DNA from: Trichoplax adhaerens
Lineage: Eukaryota > Animalia > Placozoa
NCBI RefSeq assembly: GCF_000150275.1
Contig: NW_002060959.1
Coordinates: 246,371 to 310,370 of the forward strand
Direction of reading: 5' to 3'
DNA length: 64,000 nt
This document shows, one piece after another, positions 12,441 to 25,468 of this stretch. Made by a program: the position numbers and the translations under genes. Positions within the stretch are counted from its first letter, which is position 1, and every line of letters begins with the position of its first letter. Below the pieces are notes generated by a model. The model made no database searches, was not told the DNA's origin, and saw only the letters and a program-made list of their open reading frames with translations.

Positions 12441-14560
12441 TTACTAATATAGCAAAAAATTAGGTAAAGTAATCAAGATTTAAAGTTTGACACCACTATT
12501 TAAAAGATTTTAAATATACACAGGACCAAATTTCCATACGTCTCATTACATGCGTCTATATTACTATAGATATTAAATTCAACATCAGCATGCATAATCA
12601 CCACCATCACTCCCTTGCGAATTACAAGCAAATATCATGTGACAATGTCACTGTCTAGACTTATTAATTTGAAGAATTTAAGCGCTCGTTTGCTGATACG
12701 GTAAAATTGCAGGTAGTAAGATGGCTTCCTTTATCTTTTGAAGAATCACCATTCATTTCGCGGATAATTTTATCACCTATCGAAATAAGAGGAGAAACGC
12801 TTGGCTTCTTGCCTATACGGTAAAATTCTGCATCATACAAGTAGTCTTATACTTATAATAGCCTTATACACACAATGGAAAGATAGAAAAGATAAAGTTA
12901 CAGCGATATAGCATTTATAAATTATTTGCACTGTCTCTGTATGGCGTATTAATATCGGTTATGCACTCGTGTCATATTGGATCGGAAAGCTAGAGTAATT
13001 GAAAGTCCTCTTACTTGTAACTTTAAATATAATAATTGAATGAATATTTTAAGCTAAATAGAAGAGGCAAACGAAGCAACAGCAATTTAACATTAATTAA
13101 TTGTACATTAGTCTATTGTATTTTATCACTACTATCATTTGAATATAAAACTGCACTATCAGACATATGATTAAAAAGTATTATTATGCTAAAGGTTATA
13201 ACTACTTTTAAAATATCACAGTTCAATAAAATTATTGTAAGCGTGAAAGAAAGGCTGGTTAAACAAAAATTTTTAAGATATTATACGATAGCTTTTCATT
13301 GTTACCGTGTTGATTTAGTCTATTTTTCGTAAACCATTTTGCTTTCAATCACAGTTTATTATCGCTAGGCTTCATATGACTGTGCATTCTTCCTTCATTA
13401 ACAAGTAAATTGCTATAGAAAATGTTGTGGACATTTCCTGTAAAGTTTGTTTCCAACAAGTTTTATTCGCTACTTTCGAATAATGAAAGATAACAAAGCA
13501 ATGGCATTGCTTTATAAGCATCATATTGAAAATATAATTAGTTTACGATGATTGATTCTTAAAATATGGATGTAGCGTAACTTTGTGTTGGATTGTAGAC
13601 TATTAGCCATGTTTAGTATGATAAGCGATAGTATGACTTTCCATGTTTATCTTAAGACGTAAATTTCTTTATACTACTAAGATTTGTATTTTGGTCCAAT
13701 ATCTGTAAATGTTCATGTAAAATCATAATCCGTATGAAGTTAATACTATAGACTTTTGTTTCTTAATCTTTTAGTACATGACTAGGTACGGCCCGGTAGG
13801 ATGCAAGCTATAAGCTATTCAGTATTCATGGCACAAAAAGTGCTCTAAACGGTATGATATTATTATTACTGTATAAATTTAGGATGGGTAGATCAGGATT
13901 TATGACTCAGCCATTTTAACGCTGTAGGAGTACGAGTATATCTGCACGATCTATTACTCAAACTAACTGTGAAGTAAATACTCGTACTTACAGTATATTG
14001 TAAGGCAAACAGGCTTTTTTCAAGCCAATCAATATACCACAAACTCATGGATTTAATATAGAATTCTGATTCTGCAAATGAATTCAGTCAAAAAAATGCA
14101 TAACCTACATCGTATTCAGTCTAGGTGTGTCTATAGTGACACTGCAATCTACGGTCCTTTAATTGGATCTACAACTACTGTTCTACGCTTTATCCTCCAG
14201 ACAACTTCACTACTAGAAGTTTTACTCAAGTTTAAATACCATTTATAAATAGTAATTTGTGTAGCAGTTACAAAATTAATGAAATACTATCTATCATTTT
14301 TCCACTCTCAATCATAACTTAAAGTAGAAGATAAAGTTTTATTTCAATTACATTTACCACTAGCAAATTTCTATAAATACACTTATCAATCATGTATATA
14401 TGAAAATTATACTTAATTACAGATGCCGCCAAGGAAGGTACAAATACAGTAATTAAAAGAAGTCCAGAAAATTTAGAACCTTGCTCATATTAATTTTCTA
14501 ATATCATTGAATTGAAGTATACACTGTTAACTTATAGAAACATATACTTTAATTGCAGAT

Positions 14561-15232
14561 ATGGTCGATGAGAGCACAAGCACGGCGACAGTGGCGAACT
14601 TTGTATGCGTGACTTGCAATAGTCCAACAAGCGGTGCTCATCAGTGTTCCAGCTGTAAGAAGTATTGCCATGCACTTCCAAGTTGCTGTGAACTAGGAGA
14701 GGAAAAAGACTTCGGTACACCCGTCACTTGTTTGCTTTGCTGCAAAGTAGCTCGAGTAAAAGAGAAAAGCCTTGAATCGAAGAGAAAACAAGAAGAACAG
14801 AAAAGGGTGATGTTGACCAGGTCTAGAAAGCGCTTCAAGAGTGCTCACATTGATGATACTGTCCTTGTTCCAGTGCCAGCAGTAAATAGGGGACGTGTCA
14901 ACTTGAGTAACGTGAAAGCTGTAATAACGGAGAGCTATGGCAACAATTTCTTCAAATTAGGCACTAAATACGGAACTTTAAAGCAACGTTACTCGCGTAA
15001 TCAGTTTACTGTTTGCACAGAACGTTATATTCGTACTACAGATGTCCCTAGCTGCGCTGAAATTTCGCTACGTGAATTAGTTAAAAAAGAATCTGCTACA
15101 GGCGGTCAAGGAATGTTTAAGTGCAACTGTAAATCAAACTGTAGAAATTTCAAGTGTAAATGCTTCGCTGCTAAAGAGAAGTGCAATAGTAGATGTCATA
15201 GTAATAGAACTTGCAGGAACAAAACCGAATAG
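14561..15232 (+). CDS. C-terminal part of a Ginger2/KRBA2/SCAND3-like transposase (Cys-rich domains, no DDE core seen)
   Basis: CxxC..SGAHQCxxC..YCH finger, DTVLVPVPAVNRGR, FKLGTKYGTLKQRYSRNQF, ISLRE and GGQG-CxC...CNSRCH...CRNK terminus, recognised from memory of this family. A TTGCAG acceptor ends at 14558. Confidence 0.75.
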   Translation: MVDESTSTATVANFVCVTCNSPTSGAHQCSSCKKYCHALPSCCELGEEKDFGTPVTCLLCCKVARVKEKSLESKRKQEEQKRVMLTRSRKRFKSAHIDDTVLVPVPAVNRGRVNLSNVKAVITESYGNNFFKLGTKYGTLKQRYSRNQFTVCTERYIRTTDVPSCAEISLRELVKKESATGGQGMFKCNCKSNCRNFKCKCFAAKEKCNSRCHSNRTCRNKTE

Positions 15233-15717
15233 TTCTTCAATACATGTTACGGTAACTATACTGAATACATTAATTTAGCGGTAACGTACCTTAATTTTGT
15301 GATGCTTATTTGAAATTCATAAACATTAATTCATGTTAATCAAAACAACTTAAATTATAAATAAATAAACTTGACTAAGGATCTTTTAAGCAAAAATAAC
15401 TTGGCTTCTGATATTTGAGATCTTATGGTTAGCTTTAATATTTTTGCTATAAATGTATTTTGAATTTGTGATGCGAATTTTTAATTATAAATCTTAGGGA
15501 AAATTAACCATCTAAATCTTAATTCGTGATCATTAAGTTAAATTCGACATAAATATTAACTTAAACATTACCAACGGTCTCTTTCGTAATTGAAGTTAGA
15601 TATTCTGATGTTTACCAGGAGTTTTGAATTCGTTGTAATCCTGTAAACTTAACGAAATAAATGGTAAAATAGATTGCGACTTACTTTTAATCTGTCATGT
15701 AACTTGAATTTTTGCAT

Positions 15718-15966
15718 GGTCATTCTCCAGATTTATCAGTCAATTTACAAAAGGATCGGTCATTTTCTAGATTTCCACTCATTTTATAAAATGATTGGTC
15801 ATTCTCTAGATTGACCAGTCATTTTTAGAAATAACCGGTCACTCTCAATATTTACCAGTCATTTTATAATTGACCGGTCATTCTCCAGATTTACCCACCA
15901 GTCATTTTACAGAATGGCCGGTCATTTTCTAAATTTACGATTCCGAAAGTCTGGTCTTTCCCAGGA
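15718..15966 (+). repeat. About 40-bp subterminal tandem repeats of the transposon right end
   Basis: GGTCATTCTCCAGATTTACCAGTCATTTTA-like unit at 15718, 15758, 15797, 15837, 15876 and 15920, plus a partial copy near 15952. Confidence 0.8.
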
Positions 15967-17014
15967 TTAAATGTTTTTATACGGCATTTTACTAAATATC
16001 ATGCCAGATACAGTGGTCTGCTTTGCCTCTGTAATTATAAGAAGCAAGTCTAACTAAATAAATTACAGAAGTTCTCCATTTAAAAAATTAGTTGGTAAAT
16101 ATCAAAATCTTTGCAAGGCGAAAAGGTCGGATATTGAATTTTTGAATTCACAGGCAAAATAAATGGAAGTTTGTGAGGTTGATAGATCAAGAATCTTCAA
16201 AACTTTAGAAAATTAAGATTTATTGAACAAAACCTCCTTTACGAAGATACAACGTAATCGATTAGCTGAGGACCTCTAACGAGAAATAACTATCTTACCA
16301 TACTAAACTACTCGCTTATATACCTTTCCACGTTTACAGTCTTAGCACCTTACTTACTACACACTTCAGTATTAGCATCTCAAATACAGAACAGTTTACA
16401 CCTTTCATGTGAAGCTCTAGTGTGAGCACTGTAGCGCTCCTCTTCAAAAGGATTACGGTTACTAAGCTAGCTATATTTAATGCTTAAGCTTCTAACGAGA
16501 ATATCTATCACATGTTGAACACAACACCTACGATAGACATTACTAAATATATCATCAACTTAGAATACAATATTACACTGTCTTACAAAATTTTAAATCA
16601 AAATAAATCATAATATCACCACTACTGCGCATCTATTGCTACGAGAGCTGAAATTTTAATGTTAATATCTTTCTATAGAGTAAGTACCGTACAAGGTTTA
16701 TGTACAATTAAAAAACAGGTTAGATGAGTTTACAAATGTACAATTTACGAAATGGATGTCATCTAATAAGATATTGAAACATATATCGTTGTAGATAACA
16801 AGAGCCTTTGCTTTAGGTCCATTTTTATATTTCTTGAAGTATCCAGACCGCCATGAATTCTGATACATTCTATATCTTATTGATTGGCCATCATCAAATT
16901 AGAGATAGGGTTAGATGGTGTTACGTTCGTAATATATATGATACATTCTATCTTTCAATGAGATCGTACATTTTTGGATTATTACGTTACAGAGTAATAG
17001 ATGGTAATTAACAA

Positions 17015-18622
17015 TCAGTTAATGTCAAAATTAGTTGTATCTGGTAGAAACAACGCAGTAAATCCGCTTAGGAAGCCTAGTAATGAAAAGATTATCAAAG
17101 TTGCTGTGCAATTCTTATTAAATAGTACAGCAAATGTTGTCATGCCTAATATTGATCCTGTATGTCCTACTATATTTAAAATGCCAGTTGATGTTGATCG
17201 AACTTTCGTAGGGAACAATTCTGCACTCCAAGTTTTATAAGGTATCCAGGCGTTATTACTTATCGACGTAAATACACATCCCAAGATTAATGCTCCGTAT
17301 ACGTTGTCTATTACAACCATTAATAAAATGCTCAATGCACATATTGTTATCATAGGAAAATAGAGCCATTTTCGACCCACACGGTTAATTAATAAAAGAC
17401 ATCCGATAGCGACAGGTAACGATAGTAAGTTTCCAATTAAAATATCTATAATGACTGTTTTTAATTTCTCACCATTTTGACAAGCTGAACTATTAAGATG
17501 TAGACTATGCATTGCATTATGCGATATGTTATGAACATGTTGATGACTATGCCAACATGTTTTTCCGCTTGTATAATAAGAAACGGCACTCGGAAGCCAT
17601 ATCGAAAATCCTTGATCGCCGAAACAAAATCCAAACCATCCCACTGATAGTAGTAACAATCGTCGAAGCCATGGCTGTTTTCCAAAAAATCGAAAGTGTT
17701 CTAATTCATGTCGAAATCGGCTGGTTTTGCTATTATTCTCTTTACGATTACTTGCGCGAGGATGAAGTGATGTCAAAGGTAACGCGTATTGCTTATGTAA
17801 ATCATTCCTACATTTGAAACACGAATTAATTCGATTGATTTTTTTTAATACGAACTCAGCCTTTTTCCTTTCGGATTTTGCCAACGTAAATCGTAAACTA
17901 TCAGGTAGAAAAAGCAATATACAATAGCCAATTAATGTGGGTATCATAACGATGATAAGATAAAGACGCCAACTCGAAAAATAAATCCCTCCTATCTTGT
18001 AGAATGAATGCGGCAATGTAAAAAACGCAACAGTAGAGCCAAGTAAACTCTCGAAGATTAGAAATGAACTCATACATGCACCAGCGATCCCTCTATACTG
18101 TCGAGGGAAAAATTCCATTAAATAATTGTAGATAGTTGCTAATAGACCTGCGTGTGAGCATCCTATTATTGCTGCCAAAATCACTAGCATGTTATAGTTA
18201 TAAGCAAATGCAGAGAGTAGCATAGCTATTAAATTGATCGTCAAAGAAAATAGAAGAATTTTTCTTCTACCGTAAGCATCAGCCAATCTGCCGAATATAC
18301 CAACACTAAGAGTCAGGCTAATCATCATCGATAGACTTAACCATCCCCTGTTACTTATATTGATATCTAAATCACAAGCAGAAATAATAATGTATCCCAT
18401 TGCTTGAAAGTAGACATTATATCCTCCATAGCAAAGACCACACGATAAAATAATTAAATAGTGAAATAATCCGACGTCGATGTTTTCTACTATATCATCG
18501 ATACTTGATATTAAATCATTCGAATCAATGGTACAATCTGAACCGGCGTTTTCATCAATATCACTTATTAAAGCCGTTTCTTCACCGTCTTCTCTCTCTT
18601 CGAATTGATTCTCGATCGTCAT
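17015..18622 (-). CDS. SV2-like MFS transporter, paralog 4
   Basis: 535 aa ORF with GRLADAYGRRK and the other family motifs. Confidence 0.92.
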   Translation of the reverse strand: MTIENQFEEREDGEETALISDIDENAGSDCTIDSNDLISSIDDIVENIDVGLFHYLIILSCGLCYGGYNVYFQAMGYIIISACDLDINISNRGWLSLSMMISLTLSVGIFGRLADAYGRRKILLFSLTINLIAMLLSAFAYNYNMLVILAAIIGCSHAGLLATIYNYLMEFFPRQYRGIAGACMSSFLIFESLLGSTVAFFTLPHSFYKIGGIYFSSWRLYLIIVMIPTLIGYCILLFLPDSLRFTLAKSERKKAEFVLKKINRINSCFKCRNDLHKQYALPLTSLHPRASNRKENNSKTSRFRHELEHFRFFGKQPWLRRLLLLSVGWFGFCFGDQGFSIWLPSAVSYYTSGKTCWHSHQHVHNISHNAMHSLHLNSSACQNGEKLKTVIIDILIGNLLSLPVAIGCLLLINRVGRKWLYFPMITICALSILLMVVIDNVYGALILGCVFTSISNNAWIPYKTWSAELFPTKVRSTSTGILNIVGHTGSILGMTTFAVLFNKNCTATLIIFSLLGFLSGFTALFLPDTTNFDIN

Positions 18623-18846
18623 ATTTGTCGATAGCTATATAAAATCAACCGATATAGAAATACAGTGATTAAATTCGTCAAAAAATAAGACAGGAAACGA
18701 ACACGCAGCTTACGATCACCATCTTAATCGTAAGAATTTTATTTTAAGAATTGATCAATGTTCCTTTCTAATAGCTGATACAACGATAAAGAACGATTAA
18801 ATGTGACTATGACAGCTAAAACGTACATATGAGCGATATTGTCCAG

Positions 18847-19181
18847 GGAGATGCGGGAAATTTCGAATTTATGGTACCAACGTACTGTACCAACAGAAAG
18901 TGGTCCTGGTCCTGTAGTACTGTACACTATACTGTACTCAGTGTACTGTACTGTACTGCACAGACTGTGTAACTAACCATGCATATCCCCCGTTATTAAT
19001 AATGCACTACGTAACGACATGTAACAGTACTGTACTGTACTGTATACATAAGTCTCATTTGTACTGTAGCGGAAACGCTCTTCAGAAGAAGAGTAAGAAC
19101 AGTGTACATATGCAGTAGTGCTGTAGATCATACTGTGTAACTTTGCAGTTTGCACGTAATTTCGAAATTTCCCGTATCTCC
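18847..19181. mobile_element. 335-bp MITE, PIF/Harbinger-type
   Basis: 21-bp TIRs GGAGATRCGGGAAATTTCGAA (18847-18867 and 19161-19181, 1 mismatch). CAG is duplicated at 18844-18846 and 19182-19184. A paralogous empty site TATTGTC-CAG-AACTAG lies at 21771-21786. Confidence 0.9.
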
Positions 19182-19689
19182 CAGGACTAGTATGTACAAT
19201 GCATAAGAAAGAAAATTACTCGTAAGAGTGAAGTTTCCTGTATCATACACAACCCTTCGTCGATTTAAATTAAAACCAACAACGTTCTCCATGAAGAAAA
19301 TCTTATCAATCGCTTCTTAATCCCAAATGGATTAGTAATACAATGAACACTATCATTAAGTCATGTTTGCAGAATCGAAACAATATGAATGAAGATAATA
19401 TCTTGCTACTGGTATGGATAAAGTGATTTAAATCTATTATTAATCTATGTGGGACCCAACTTTGATATGAATAAAATCCATCATGCCCTTGCGAATTATC
19501 GGTTATTTCAAAGAAGGAAAGATTATTGTCCGGATGGTTCTTTGGCATAATTTAAATAACTCGTCTTTTGTCATGGTAAGTAGGAAGATTGTAACAGCAA
19601 AGCATTTGGTACTTGATAGTGAAGAGTCGCTGATATATCTTAAACTTGCTACTTTAATACGTGAAAACACTCGCTAACGGGCTAATCAA

Positions 19690-20090
19690 TCTTGCTAATA
19701 ATGATACTGCAATCATTTTTTGTCTACTCTAAGCATTAGCAAGTCTATCAGATATGCCATCACCATTACCATAGCCAAGTAAATAAGATATACCAATCCA
19801 ACACTTATTATTTATTTCTATTAATTTCTAAATTGCATATTCCAACAACTACGACACTGATCGCTTGATAAAACAAATAATAACCATTTAGGCCGAGTCC
19901 ATAAGCTCGAATGATTGTATCGTATAATAAAATAGTCCAATGCCTATAGTATCTAAGATCTAATCGGTACTAGATGTTAAATTAATCGAATTAGTGACGT
20001 TATCTAAACCATAAAACTCTTCATTTGAACTTGGTAAGGCTGCTTTATCGTCAACATGATCGTAGTCTTGATACTCCCTCTCAACTACAT
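19690..20090 (-). pseudogene. Decayed 5' fragment of an SV2-like gene
   Basis: Translates as VDDKAALPSSNEEFYGLDNVTNSINLTSSTD*ILDTIGIGLFYY, followed by frameshifted remnants of the CDLDIN and GRLADxYGRRK regions. Confidence 0.8.
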
Positions 20091-21200
20091 TGTTAATGGT
20101 TCTAATGTGTGAAAGTTCCAGAAAATTGTCATAAGTGCAAAAGAAGGACTATACTCAGATAGTCCTTGGTAGAAGTTAGACGAACCTGACTTATGTAATA
20201 AAGTGAAATTTGCAAGAAACTGCAGTTCTTGATGTATTGTTGACGATCACTTTATGACATCATTTTACATTAACTGCAGTCTATTATCTCTAGTCATCTG
20301 TAATGAAGGTTAATATTTAGTATTCTCCTTCATAGAATATTTCTTTATTTAGTAATGTATTGTAAGATGATTTAAGATTTTAGTGTAGGACTTGCAAGTA
20401 ATATCCAAATTAATGTAGATGATAGTGGAAGGATTGTGTCAGACAGTATAATGTTATACCTATTGCAAGACTCACTTAAACGGCTTTTTAATTTATAAAG
20501 TAAAACATATTAAATAAACTGGTATTGTTCCCCTAATCTCTATCTTGGTTCAAAGTGTCACCAACCTTAGTGTATCTTAGCAAAATTAAGCTAAATTATT
20601 ACACATCGTATAGCTTTCATTCTTCTGTTTTCTTACTCGAATGAAGTTAAATGCTGGTTTTTATTATACAGATTAAAATATACGAGCTATTGCACGTGTA
20701 GTTATATAATACGACCACAAAGAATTCTGAATGTAAACCTTTGATATTTAAAGCTACTTCTTATCATTTTAATAACTATTATATGTAAATAAGTAAGTGG
20801 CTATTAAAAGTATTATCAGCATTTCCAGTGAGAATTTGCACGCAACAAGTTTTACCACTATTTTCGAGTAATGAAAGACAAAGCCAAAACTAAGCTGTTA
20901 TGCTTCACAAGAACAACCTAAGAGCCCAACGATAGTTACTTACTGAATCCTTTATTTCGTAACAAAAGCATTACTTTATTAACTACTATAACGCAATTAA
21001 TTACTTAACGTAAGTTTTAATATAGAAGAATATCAGCGTTCGTATATTTTCCTCTTATTTTATTAATATTCATAATATGGTCCAATATCTATAAGTTTTC
21101 ATGTAAATCATAATCCATATTGAAGTTAAGGCGATAGACTTTTCTTTCTTAGTCTTTGAATAGGTGGCTAAATACAGTCCTGTAGTATACAAGCCATAAG

Positions 21201-21554
21201 CTATTCACGATACAAATAGCGTTTTAATAGCATGATGTAGTTACTGTATAAGTTTATCATCGATAGACTTAACCATCCCCTGTTACTTTTATTGATATCT
21301 AAATCACAAGCAGAAAGAATAATGTATCCCATTGCTTGAAAGTAGACATTATATCCTCCATAGCAAAGACCACACGATAAAACAACCAAATAGTGAAATA
21401 ATCCGACGTCGATGTTTTCTACGATATCATCGATACTTGATATTAAATCATGCGAATCAATGGTACAATCTGAACCGGCGTTTTCATCAATATCACTTAT
21501 TAAAGCCGTTTCTTCACCGTCTTCTCTCTCATCGAATTGATTCTCGATCGTCAT
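21201..21554 (-). pseudogene. 3'-truncated duplicate of paralog 4
   Basis: 21256-21554 is about 97% identical to 18324-18622. The frame then runs into intergenic sequence and stops at 21201. Confidence 0.88.
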
Positions 21555-22269
21555 ATTTGTCGATAGCAATATAACATCAACAGCTATAGAATTGCATTGA
21601 TTAAATTAGTCAAAAAATAAGACACGGAACAGATACACAGCTTACGATCACCATCCTTAGTCGCACGATTTTTACTTTTTAGATTTAATCAATGTTCTTT
21701 TCCAATAGCTGATACGATGATAAAGAATAATTAAATGTGACTATCATAGCTAAGATCTTGCAGATGGCACTATTGTCCAGAACTAGAATGAATATCGCGT
21801 AAATCAGAGAATTTCTTGCAAGGGTCAAAGTTTCTTCTATCATGCAAAACACTTTGTAAAGATGTGTTAAAATCAATTACGTTCTCCATGACAACATTCA
21901 TGTCAATCACTTGTTAATCCCAAATGGATTTGTAATAGAATGAACACCAGCATTAAATCATATTTGCCGGATCGAAACTATATGATTCAAGATATAACGG
22001 TTCTATCGGCTTAGCAAAAGTAATTCAAATCTATTGTTAATTTATATAGGTTCCAACCTTGACGTGAATAAAGTTTGTCACTCCCTTACGAATTGTAGGT
22101 TAGATCAAAGGAAGGAGAATTATTTTCCGCCTGATTTTCTAGTAAAATTCAATAGCTCGTCTTTTGATAAGGTAAGCAGGGAGGATCGTAGCAGCAAAAC
22201 ATTTATCAATTAATAAGACTATCATCGATAAATCTTAAACTCCCTACTGTTATAAACAAAAGAAACTGC

Positions 22270-22676
22270 TAATGTGTAAATTAATCTTACTAATAATGAT
22301 ACCTCGATAATTTTTCATCTATCCTAATTCTTATCCAGTCTATTTAATATTCCATCACCAAGACTATAGTTTATCAAATAAGATACTCCAACCCAACCCT
22401 TACTATTTCTATTAATTTCTAAACTGTACACTGAAACAGCTATGAAACCAATCGTTGGATAAAACAAATAACAGCCATCTATGCCAATTTCACAAGTTCT
22501 AATGATTGTACTATCTAATATAATAGTCCAACATCCGTGGCATCTTGTCGAAGCTACATGTTAAATTAATTGAATTGGTGACACTGTCTAAAGCATAAAT
22601 TTCTTCATTTGAGCTTGGCAAACTTGCTTTATCATCAACATTATCGTAGTCTTGATACCCTCTCTGAACGACATTG
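22270..22676 (-). pseudogene. Second copy of the decayed SV2-like 5' fragment
   Basis: Aligns with 19690-20090 and translates as VDDKASLPSSNEEIYALDSVTNSINLT. Confidence 0.78.
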
Positions 22677-22867
22677 CTAATGGTACTTCGAAATAAAATT
22701 ATACTGTTCTAAAAGATATCAAAATCTATCATCAATTTACGGCTTACAACTAAATAATTTTTTTTTTAATTTACACCTTCAATCGAGAAGAGCGTTTTCG
22801 AATCTACAGTAATTTACACTCATAAAATTATATTTATTGTAGACATCACCGCCTTAGCCCCTAACAT

Positions 22868-22995
22868 CAAAAATTACTTGTTGCAGTCTAACAACTATAA
22901 GAAAAATCACTAATACATGAAATCAACTACAAAATGCTCAAAAAATTACTCGTTGCAGTTTAGTTACTGTAAGAAAAGTCACTAACGCATGAAAT
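22868..22995. repeat. Two-copy direct repeat (about 56 bp, period about 71)
   Basis: CAAAAATTACTYGTTGCAGT...AAGAAAARTCACTAA..CATGAAAT occurs twice. Confidence 0.8.
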
Positions 22996-25468
22996 TTGTT
23001 GGATTCAGTTAGGTCATGCATTTAATTCTTATGTGAATGATAGCCTTCAAAGATGAGCTCTACAATTAATAATAGCTTCTAAGTTGCTCTTTATTTGTAT
23101 GCTATGGCTACTGTAGCAAACTATTTAAACAGCATTTTCTATTTCGCAACGAAAACTTTAAGACTATGGCTGATTAGATTTCACGTATTTTTACCATGAA
23201 TAGTACTTAGTGACGTTATTCTTACCTGTTATGGTATATCATGCGTCCCAGAGACTCATGATATACTTCTACGTAATAAAATTAAAAATTTTTTCGAGCT
23301 CAAACGTAAAATGCCTAAATGAATCGGTTTTCGTGGCTTAGCTATTTGTTAATCTGAATTCTGTAGCCACTAGTAAATCCTGATATTTATTTACAATATT
23401 TTAAAAATTAATTTTTGCAATTAGTACGTGATCCTATCGTGGCCATCATGCATGGAAATGTAACATTTTGCATGGATTTTTGAAAACTGCACACTTGGCA
23501 ACATTAATGGTAATTTAAGCGTAAAATAATATTCTACTCATACTACTACATATATTATTAATTGTCTTACTACTAAGTCGTTATAATTATTGGCAGTTTT
23601 CGCTATACTGAAACTTGTAAATGGCTACGTCTAGAATATTAATAATTGCACCGTACTGAGGTGGTCATGAATTATAAGAGCGATCACTGTAATTATTTAA
23701 TCGTTCTGACTAGTGTTAGTGTCTGAAAGTTTTAAGCGTATTTTGGCTAGCACATTAAAGTAATACTCCAGTAAGCGAATCATCGAGTTAACTTTATGAG
23801 GAGGAATGAGCTGGTCTTCATCCATATAGATCCCTAAGACTTAATTGGAGATCTTAATCGACCCTAACAATCGATTTCAAAGAGCTTGGTTCCAGATGAC
23901 AAAATTAGCTTTTAACAGTAACTTACCATCAAGAATCAACGGTAAATCACAACATACAGTAACAGTATCGACTTTGAAAAAAACTTTTCATACTGTAATT
24001 CATTGCATAAAATTACGCCATTGGTAAAGATTTTATTAAACACTATGCATCTACCATAAATCGGCATAAATTATTGGTGTAGTTTGATAACAGTATGAAA
24101 ATAAACTATGCCTAAAATTATTAAGCTTCGATGACGCAATATATTTATTCCTACGAGAATTATAGATAGAAGAAAGTTATCATTAAATAAACAATAGCCT
24201 GAATCTGTTTTTCATTCATATGGTAATGTTGCAATTAGTTTATTTATAAGCTTAATATACTACCGTAATCACGTTACAACGTAATACTAATTTTAAATTA
24301 CTACTGTAGCGAGTTGAAATCACTGCAACCATATGAATAAGCTATTTGTTGTAGCATTTGTATTTCATTAAAAAGGTTCTACTTATCAATGTTTAGCTCT
24401 TGCACTTTCTAAGAAGAGTCATTAATAAGGCCATTAAAGAATCTAGAATACTTTACTTTGTCAAATATAAAATCATTACAGACCACTTCCCATATGATGT
24501 ATCGTATATATCGATATATCACAGCTATTATCGTACGGTTAGTCTCACGTTTCGATGATTTACCTGCAGATTTTATGCAATAGGATAATTTACCATATAT
24601 TTTCGTCGAAATAATCCCTCATCACAGCATAAGTAAAATTAATATCGAATAAATAAGACCTATGGCCGATATTGCTTAGATCTGCTACAACCAAATTTTA
24701 TTGAAAATATACGGAAACGTAATTAGACGCGATTATTTCTTATTATATAATATATAGATATTATCATACATTATGTTATCGAACAAAACTGGTTCCAACA
24801 GTATCAAGGTCTGGAGTTTGGGTAAATTTTAATTGCATCTATTAGTTAATAAAGCGTAACTGCAATCGTTCATTTCTTTTTCTCAGTAATTCTATTACAG
24901 TCACCTTCGCTTTTGCTAATTTTCTTTGTTTATGAATCTTTTAATATTAATGTATTATAACTCTAACTTTAGAATGAATATATTACAAGTTTGATAACAT
25001 TACTAATTTACCGTTTCTAGAAAATGACAATCTCCTCTCTAGAGCTACAATTGTTACTGATGCTGCCTAAAACACTTTAAAAGCATCAATTATCCTTTTT
25101 AGTACTAACTATCTCTCGAACATCGAACCGCTAGAGTCAAAATGACAATATGGATGTCTGATCCTGTTAAATTTATTATTTCTAGAGTAGACCTTAATGA
25201 CAACTTTGAATTCGTTAACACCTAAACGTATAGGTAGAAGTATATTCCATGATTTCTATCATAACCATTCCAAATTCCATTTGCTTAACCATATAACACA
25301 ATTCAAAGTACGATCGTACTTATAAATGTTATTGCTCAAAATAACAAATTTTATTTGTCCAAAATCATTTTAAAACAAGAAGAATACACGTAATAATTTT
25401 GAAAATAGGTGTACGATAAGCCATATAATCTTCACCACCTAAATCAAGTTCTCTACTCTATCATCCAT

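Noticed and set aside
14423-14437. ATGCCGCCAAGGAAG as a first coding exon (MPPRK)
   Set aside because: Splicing it in that frame to 14559 is out of frame with the 223-aa ORF and soon stops; only the phase-1 reading fits.
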